64,000 nt of DNA from an uncultured Bdellovibrionales bacterium. Lineage in GTDB: Bacteria; Patescibacteriota; Minisyncoccia; Moranbacterales; UBA1568. The notes under the pieces were generated by a model. The model saw nothing but the letters and a program-made list of their open reading frames with translations. It searched no databases and was not told the DNA's origin. A program made the position numbers and the translations under genes. This document shows, piece after piece, positions 58,338 to 64,000 of this stretch (the first letter of the stretch is position 1; each line of letters opens with the position of its first letter). The stretch spans positions 4,294 through 68,293 of the forward strand of contig CAZATJ010000003.1 in NCBI GenBank assembly GCA_964488025.1, given 5' to 3'.

Positions 58338-58365
58338 GGCACTAAACTAACTAAACTAACTGAAC
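58338..58365. repeat. Short tandem repeat (aactaaact x ~3) at the right edge of the high-GC segment
   Basis: Visible as cactaaactaactaaactaactgaac. Confidence 0.5.
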
Positions 58366-58488
58366 ACAAATTGGTAAAGATCAAAAACGAAACAATCCTA
58401 GGAAGAAAGCAGTGATGACGATAACGCCGCACCGCTCTCTTCCTAAGAACCCAGCACCAAAACTCTGGTGCTGGGTGACACGAACAAG

Positions 58489-59154
58489 TTACACCAACAT
58501 CTCATTCAAAGGGACTTCGTCATCTCTCGAAGCATACCGGGGACTCGATTCGAATTTGACGACGATAAAGAAGGCTGAGAGAAACACTCCGGCCAAAAAA
58601 GCAGCAAAGGTTACTTTCAGCATCTTGGAAAAGTCGGGATTTTCGGAAAGAATTGGTCCGGAAAGAATGCGGATCTCCACGCTCTTCTCATCACCGCCAC
58701 GGAACAGGGTATTCTTCTCGGTCAGCACGATGGCAATGCCATCCATGACACGAGCAATATCGCGTTCGCGATCGCCTTTAACCGTGACACTCAAGATACC
58801 AAGCTCAAGGTTATTTTCTACGGCGACCATCTTTTTCCAGGCAATCAGACGCCGTCCCTTATCAAAGGGTAGAAATTCTTTGTTGACCTTGCCGGTTTCT
58901 ACCAGCGCATCAACGAAACGCTCACTATAGAGCGCTTCACCCAAAACCTTCCCCAGGTACTCAGAAGATTTGAACTGAGTATAGAAGTCCTGATTGGTAG
59001 CATTCGTCTGGACAACCAAAAAGTCCATCTTGGTCTGGAAGGGCCTCTCCGTCATAATAAGACCGAAGAATCCCAAGGCGCCAAAAAGGAGACCCCAAAT
59101 AATAAGGGTTCCAATCTTCGACCGCAACAACACGAACAGATACTGATTTCCCAT
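58489..59154 (-). CDS. Wzz/YveK-like chain-length determinant N-domain protein
   Basis: It has two TM helices flanking a periplasmic domain and a Wzz-like N-terminus reading LLRSKIGTLIIWGLLFGALGF. Confidence 0.5.
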   Translation of the reverse strand: MGNQYLFVLLRSKIGTLIIWGLLFGALGFFGLIMTERPFQTKMDFLVVQTNATNQDFYTQFKSSEYLGKVLGEALYSERFVDALVETGKVNKEFLPFDKGRRLIAWKKMVAVENNLELGILSVTVKGDRERDIARVMDGIAIVLTEKNTLFRGGDEKSVEIRILSGPILSENPDFSKMLKVTFAAFLAGVFLSAFFIVVKFESSPRYASRDDEVPLNEMLV

Positions 59155-59363
59155 AGGTGTACACACAATTTATAGACCTTGCATACTACCAAAAAATGAG
59201 AGAAATGTCAACCCCCTGACTCCGGTGTTTGATTTTTCCCCTATGAAAGGGAAAAAATGACGTTCCTTACCCGTCCCGTATCGTGAGTCGACGATGAAAA
59301 CCAGAGGGGCTTTCCAAATCAAAAACCCCTCACAGGGAGGGGTCCTTTGAAGCAATTTCTTCT

Positions 59364-60512
59364 CTAAAAAATCCGGCTAATCTTGTCGAGGATTTGAAAC
59401 TGGGAAAAATCACGGATGGTCACAAAAAGCATGAGGAGGAGGAGCAAAATGAATCCGATCTGATGGATCATTCCTTCTACCCGATGACTGACCGGACTGC
59501 CCTTTAGTTTTTCGATCAGGATAAAAAGAATACGTCCCCCATCAAGAGCTGGAATAGGCAGGATATTTATGATTCCAAGGTTAATCGAAAGCAACGCGGC
59601 AAACTGGAGAAGATATGGCAACCCGAGATCACTCATCTGTTTCGTCAAGTAAACAATACCCACCGGACCCGTCACATCAAGCGCTATTTTCTCAGTACTC
59701 CAAAGAGAGGCAATCATATTACCGAAAGCTCCAAAAATCGCCACGGTAATATTATAGGTGGCCAACCCTCCTTCATAGATGGCCTCATACCAGGGGTATG
59801 ACACCACGGCCGTTTCCGAAAAAGAAATCCCCAGCGACCCTTCGTTTGCCGGATACTCCTTGCGCGGCGTCCCCAAGAGGGAAAACTTCTCACCAAAACG
59901 ATCGACACCGATGACGATTTCCTGTCCTTTGTGACCGGAAATTTCTTGGGAAACCTGTTCCAGAGTTGTGATTTTGACCCCGTTGATGGAAAGAATGGCA
60001 TCCCCCATTCTGAGTCCCATGGTTTCGGCCGGAGTCCCCTTGACGATGCTCAATATCTGAATTTTGGCATTTTCATACTTTCCATGTTCACTGGGGTCAA
60101 TCGGCTGAGGCAGCCCCAACATGAAAACGATTGAGATAAGAAACCAGGCAAAAAGAAAATTCATAAACACCCCAGCTGCCAAAACCTTGATGCGTACCCA
60201 GGCGGATTTCCCCCCGAAACTCGTCGGATCACTCGTATCATGACCATCCTCACCGGCAATCTTCACAAATCCTCCAAGTGGAATCCAGTTGAGCGAATAG
60301 ACGGTTCGGCTGCTTGGCACCTCCTGGTTCCCCCAGACGATTCGATATTTTCCTGTAGCCTCATCTTGCACGAAGCCGACCAGTCTTGGAGGAAAGCCGA
60401 AACCGAATTCGTCTACCCGAATGCCATTTCTTCTGGCAACAAGAAAATGCCCCAATTCATGAACAAATACCAATAGTCCGAGAAGAACGACAAAAATCAG
60501 GATAGTCATCAT
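59364..60512 (-). CDS. rseP: RIP metalloprotease RseP (site-2 protease)
   Basis: It has HELGHFLVAR (HExxH), a PDZ domain and the LDGG motif (LDGGRILF). Confidence 0.85.
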   Translation of the reverse strand: MMTILIFVVLLGLLVFVHELGHFLVARRNGIRVDEFGFGFPPRLVGFVQDEATGKYRIVWGNQEVPSSRTVYSLNWIPLGGFVKIAGEDGHDTSDPTSFGGKSAWVRIKVLAAGVFMNFLFAWFLISIVFMLGLPQPIDPSEHGKYENAKIQILSIVKGTPAETMGLRMGDAILSINGVKITTLEQVSQEISGHKGQEIVIGVDRFGEKFSLLGTPRKEYPANEGSLGISFSETAVVSYPWYEAIYEGGLATYNITVAIFGAFGNMIASLWSTEKIALDVTGPVGIVYLTKQMSDLGLPYLLQFAALLSINLGIINILPIPALDGGRILFILIEKLKGSPVSHRVEGMIHQIGFILLLLLMLFVTIRDFSQFQILDKISRIF

Positions 60513-60607
60513 AAAAAAATAAGTTTTTAGTTATTAGTCTATAGCCCCTAGCAGAATCCTTTACAATACCAATTTCTTCCTAACAACTCACTCCTAACGA
60601 CTAAAGG

Positions 60608-61165
60608 CTAGACAGTCAGTATTTCTTCCTCTTTTTTCTTGCGCGAAACTTCCAATCTCTGATTATATTCATCCACTACTTTCTGCAGCTCGTCTTTTCC
60701 GGAGAACTTATCATCCTCCGAAATTTCACCGGCTTTCTCAAATTCCTGAATGTCCTTCCAGATCTCCTCCCTAATATTTCGCACGGCGATACGCGCTTCC
60801 TCGGCACGCTGATTCAGTGCTTTGACGAGATTCTTACGGGTTTCCTCAGTGAGCGCCGGCAAAGTAATCCGTAATGCTACCCCATCGTTACCCGGATTCA
60901 ATCCCAAATCTGCTTCACGGATAGCCGCCTCAATCAATACCAAACTCCCCTTATCCCAGGGTGAAATGAGAATTTGTCGCGCCTCTGGGATACTGATGCT
61001 GGCAATCTGGCGAAGCGGTGTCCGCGTACCATAATAATCCACCATGAGATTCTCCACCAGTCCCGGGTGCGCGCGACCGGTCCGAATCTTGGCTGCCTCA
61101 TCGGAAAAATGGGCAACCGCATTTTCAAAACTCTGTTTCTTTTCTTCGATAACTTCCTTGATCAT
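60608..61165 (-). CDS. frr: Ribosome recycling factor
   Basis: It reads KIRTGRAHPGLVENLMVDYYGTRTPLRQIASISIPEARQ. Confidence 0.88.
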   Translation of the reverse strand: MIKEVIEEKKQSFENAVAHFSDEAAKIRTGRAHPGLVENLMVDYYGTRTPLRQIASISIPEARQILISPWDKGSLVLIEAAIREADLGLNPGNDGVALRITLPALTEETRKNLVKALNQRAEEARIAVRNIREEIWKDIQEFEKAGEISEDDKFSGKDELQKVVDEYNQRLEVSRKKKEEEILTV

Positions 61166-61193
61166 AGGTATGTTATTAGATTTCTTTCAATAT

Positions 61194-62354
61194 TTACAGT
61201 TTGCGGAGAGCCATATATATGACAGAGGGGTCTTCTGGATCGTAAGCGAGCAGAGAAACACTCCGATCAATAAACAGATCAATAACCGACCAGGTATCAC
61301 CACCATTTTTTGATTTATAGAAAGCAGAGCCGGCAGCGAAGGCGATTTCATTGGAATCATGAGGGCTGACTACGACCGCCCGAACAGGAAACTTTTCGGC
61401 ACTCTCGATGATGTTGATTTTCGCCCAATTTTTTCCGAAATCATTACTACGGTAAAGACCACCATTTCTACTTCCGTATACCCTCCCAGAAACATTCGGA
61501 TCGGCGGTGAGGGAAAGGAGGGAGCTTGGCATCGTTTTCTCCTGTTCCACCTTCTGTTCCTCGGGCGTCAAAGCTACAGAGAGCGTTCCTGAACTGCTTT
61601 TCTCCTGCTGTTTCACCACTTCCCAATCAATCCACTTCAAACCACCATCGGAAGAGTAATATACTTTGGTATTGAAACTGAATGCGTAAAGAGAAAGGGG
61701 TCTGACGGCATCGAAAACAATATCGGTAATCGGGCCATCCAGAGTTCCTCCAATATTCTTCCATGTTTCGCCGCTATCCGTACTCTTGACCACCGTTCCG
61801 GCACTGGTTCCGGCAAAAATGACGTTCATATCACGCGGATGCTGCGCCAAGGTAGTGACTGTCACCCCTTCTCCTGGTTCCGTATAGACGACGTGCCATT
61901 CATCGCCTCCGTTATCGGTCCGGAAAATTTTACCAAACTTGCCGATTGTTCCCGAAGCGAACATGCGCTCATCGGGACGATTCTTATCGAGGATAAAACT
62001 ATAGATTTTCTTCGGCGGAAAGACGATTTGCTGCCAATATTCTCCACCGTCAGTTGTCTTGAAGATACCATGATCTACCGTTCCGACATAAATGGTATTG
62101 TGATCCGTCGGATGAAAGGAAAGCGCTAAAACATCGGCCTTGGTGATAACCTGCTTCTCGTCGACCCGGGACTGTACGGAAAACACTTGTCCGCCATCAA
62201 GGCTCTTCCAAATACTTCCTGGCTGCACTTTCTGATTGAACGCATTGGCTTCCTCGCTTTCCCCATCCGATGCGGGGGTTCCGCCCGGAAGTCTCACCGT
62301 ACACCCGGATAAAGTCAGGGCAAAAATTGCTAGAACCAAGTATTTTTTTATCAT
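61194..62354 (-). CDS. Lipoprotein with BNR/Asp-box (Ycf48/sialidase-like) beta-propeller repeats
   Basis: The lipobox is LTLSGC. Repeated S.DGG..W motifs are present (TTDGGEYW, TDNGGDEW, STDSGETW, SSDGGLKW, SKNGGDTW). Confidence 0.6.
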   Translation of the reverse strand: MIKKYLVLAIFALTLSGCTVRLPGGTPASDGESEEANAFNQKVQPGSIWKSLDGGQVFSVQSRVDEKQVITKADVLALSFHPTDHNTIYVGTVDHGIFKTTDGGEYWQQIVFPPKKIYSFILDKNRPDERMFASGTIGKFGKIFRTDNGGDEWHVVYTEPGEGVTVTTLAQHPRDMNVIFAGTSAGTVVKSTDSGETWKNIGGTLDGPITDIVFDAVRPLSLYAFSFNTKVYYSSDGGLKWIDWEVVKQQEKSSSGTLSVALTPEEQKVEQEKTMPSSLLSLTADPNVSGRVYGSRNGGLYRSNDFGKNWAKINIIESAEKFPVRAVVVSPHDSNEIAFAAGSAFYKSKNGGDTWSVIDLFIDRSVSLLAYDPEDPSVIYMALRKL

Positions 62355-62440
62355 ATTTGTGTGTAATTTCTTTGCTTAGTATAGCAGAAAAAGTGGCACA
62401 GGAAAAGAAAAAACCATCAAAAAAACGATAAAAACCCACA

Positions 62441-62468
62441 AAATAGGTGGGTTTTCATTCTCTTTGGT
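62441..62468 (-). terminator. Rho-independent terminator downstream of tRNA-Lys
   Basis: aaacccac...gtgggttt hairpin. On the minus strand it is followed by tttttatcgttttttt. Confidence 0.5.
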
Positions 62469-62570
62469 GGGTGCGGGGGGAATCCTCCTCGCTCCGACTC
62501 GGAGCCTGGGCGCTACACACAGAAAGCTTCGTACACTCGCTTTCTACTCGCGCCCTTCGATTCCTTAGGG

Positions 62571-62643
62571 TGGGTGCGGGGGGAATCGAACCCTCGACCG
62601 TTGGCTTAAAAGGCCACTGCTCTACCGACTGAGCTACGCACCC
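62571..62643 (-). tRNA. tRNA-Lys (anticodon UUU)
   Basis: Folded by hand. The acceptor is GGGTGCG/CGCACCC. The D-arm is GCTC-AGTCGGTA-GAGC. The anticodon loop is CTTTTAA. The T-loop is TTCGATT. Confidence 0.8.
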
Positions 62644-62717
62644 ATTTTTCAATCAACAGACAACATTAAACAGTTAACAGGAAAATGAGAGAAAAATCAA
62701 GCTACGAAGAGAATTCT

Positions 62718-64000
62718 TTATTTTCTGTTATTTATTGATTGCTCATTGCTTTTTGTCTTAATGACCTCTTTTCCGACAAACGGTCGCAATACTTCCGGCA
62801 CCACCACGCTTCCGTCCGCCTGCTGGTAGTTCTCAAGAATGGCAATAAAGATGCGCGGGCTGGGGAGAGCGGTGTTGTTGATCATGTAGACGTGTTTCTT
62901 CTCACCGGTCTTGGCGTCCTTATACTTCACATTGAGGCGCCGGGATTGCCAATCAAGGAAGCTCGAGGCCGAGCCGGTTTCGCCATAACGGTTCATACCC
63001 GGCATCCAAGCCTCCAAATCAAAGGCGCGATACTTTCCAGCGCTCATGTCGCCACTGCAAATCTGAATCTTACGATATGACAGTCCAAGCTCCCGGTGCA
63101 TTTCCTCGGAAATGGCGATCATTTCATCCTGCATCGTGTTAGCCACTTCGATATCAGCCGGAACCAACACTACTTGTTCCACCTTCATGAACTCATGAAC
63201 CCGATACATGCCCTTGGTATCCTTGCCGTAACTCCCGATTTCGCTCCGATAACACTGGCTGTATCCAGCCAGACGCAGCGGCAAATCCTTTTCTTCGAGT
63301 ACCTCATCAGCATGATAGGCCAAGAGCGATGGTTCAGCTGTTCCAACGAGAAATTTTGACTCTTTGGAAGTACTCCCATCGACTTCCTTGTCCGAAGTCG
63401 CGACCTGATAGATCTCATCGATACCACCATCATACTCCGCCCCCCTAAAATAGCCACTCCCAAAAAGCGGAAAGCTCTTCACTAAAGTCGGCGGAATCAT
63501 CGGTGTATAACCCTTGGATATCAATTTCTGGATAGCGTAGAACATCAGCCCCATAACGAGAAGCGTTCCTTCATTTTTCAAGTAGTATCCACGATACCCA
63601 GAAACCTTGGTTCCTCGTTCCAGATCGAGGATATCGAGCATCTTGCCAAGTTCGATATGAGTTCGTGGCTCAAAATCAAATGATCGAATCTCACCGCACT
63701 TCTCGATCTCAACATTTTCCGCGTCACTTTTCCCCCGGGGTGTATCAGGAGAAATGATATTGGGCACCTGTGCCATCAGTACATCAAATTCCTGTTTCAC
63801 CGAAGAGAAACGTGGCTCAAGTTCGTCTATCTTTTCCTTTATCTCCTTGCCCTTCCCGATGATTTCCGTCCGCTCTTCATCGGTCTTGACCTCTTTGATC
63901 AGGTCATTAATATCGTTCTTGAGCGATTTCAACTCTTCGAGTTCCTGAAGCAGCGTCACTCGTTCAGTATCTTTAGTGAGCAAAACATCGATGTCAAGCG
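62718..64000 (-). CDS. serS: Seryl-tRNA synthetase (N-terminus beyond window end)
   Basis: It has an N-terminal coiled-coil arm followed by class II motifs, with motif 2-like FRSEIG.. and GLSYRKIQICSGDMSAGKYRAFDLEAWMPG. The frame stays open to base 64000. Confidence 0.85.
   Translation of the reverse strand, partial: LDIDVLLTKDTERVTLLQELEELKSLKNDINDLIKEVKTDEERTEIIGKGKEIKEKIDELEPRFSSVKQEFDVLMAQVPNIISPDTPRGKSDAENVEIEKCGEIRSFDFEPRTHIELGKMLDILDLERGTKVSGYRGYYLKNEGTLLVMGLMFYAIQKLISKGYTPMIPPTLVKSFPLFGSGYFRGAEYDGGIDEIYQVATSDKEVDGSTSKESKFLVGTAEPSLLAYHADEVLEEKDLPLRLAGYSQCYRSEIGSYGKDTKGMYRVHEFMKVEQVVLVPADIEVANTMQDEMIAISEEMHRELGLSYRKIQICSGDMSAGKYRAFDLEAWMPGMNRYGETGSASSFLDWQSRRLNVKYKDAKTGEKKHVYMINNTALPSPRIFIAILENYQQADGSVVVPEVLRPFVGKEVIKTKSNEQSINNRK

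Noticed and set aside
62447-62652. Two small ORFs (62447-62632 on the plus strand and 62455-62652 on the minus strand).
   Set aside because: They overlap the tRNA-Lys gene and its 3'-end repeat and are not coding.
1-64000. A search for CRISPR arrays, IS elements or transposases, integrases, rRNA genes and toxin-antitoxin pairs.
   Set aside because: No regularly spaced direct repeats were seen. No DDE or tyrosine-recombinase (R..H..R..Y) proteins, no rRNA-like segments and no obvious toxin-antitoxin pair were recognised. The mobile-looking regions lack an identifiable recombinase within the window.

Overview
The window is about 45-48% GC on a housekeeping backbone. Gene content and layout suggest a reduced-genome bacterium, probably Candidate Phyla Radiation / Patescibacteria-like. 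The evidence is a short AlaRS lacking the C-terminal domain, a short PGK, a fused ADP-forming acetyl-CoA synthetase, DUF4012, scrambled gene order and many small secreted proteins or lipoproteins. This placement is inference only.

Core genes recognised are cysS (partial), dnaB, recR, rplU, alaS, ftsA, a PfkB-family kinase, eno, pgk, mraY, a D-Ala-D-Ala carboxypeptidase, scpA and scpB, an MFS transporter, rpmA, pyrG, rplI, ddl, secA, hpf, murB, murC, murG, ftsW, trmD, rseP, frr and serS (partial).

Three regions stand out.

(1) 24.9-30.9 kb is an accessory hotspot between two tandem multidomain GH130-like genes and secA. It holds two ~95-bp imperfect direct repeats that each sit just 3' of a minus-strand gene module. 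It also holds an intact tRNA-Ala(CGC) nested between the 5' and 3' halves of a second tRNA-Ala-like gene, bracketed by a 14-bp perfect inverted repeat. It also holds three NUDIX hydrolases, a nucleoside 2-deoxyribosyltransferase-like protein, a transglutaminase-like cysteine-protease-fold protein and a DUF3850/ASCH-like protein.

(2) 40.9-53.1 kb is a cell-envelope glycan locus. It contains DUF4012, a Wzz-like protein, two GT4 glycosyltransferases, a beta-helix protein, an epimerase, a methyltransferase, an O-antigen-ligase-like protein and a GIY-YIG nuclease, with the ADP-forming acetyl-CoA synthetase embedded in it.

(3) 53.1-58.3 kb is a roughly 5.2 kb segment of about 60-65% GC encoding five signal-peptide proteins, one of them LysM and one a lipoprotein. 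It is inserted between the O-antigen-ligase-like gene and a second Wzz-like gene. This points to horizontal acquisition or an assembly chimera.

A tRNA-Lys(UUU) lies at 62.6 kb with a 19-bp duplicate of its 3' end 90 bp downstream.
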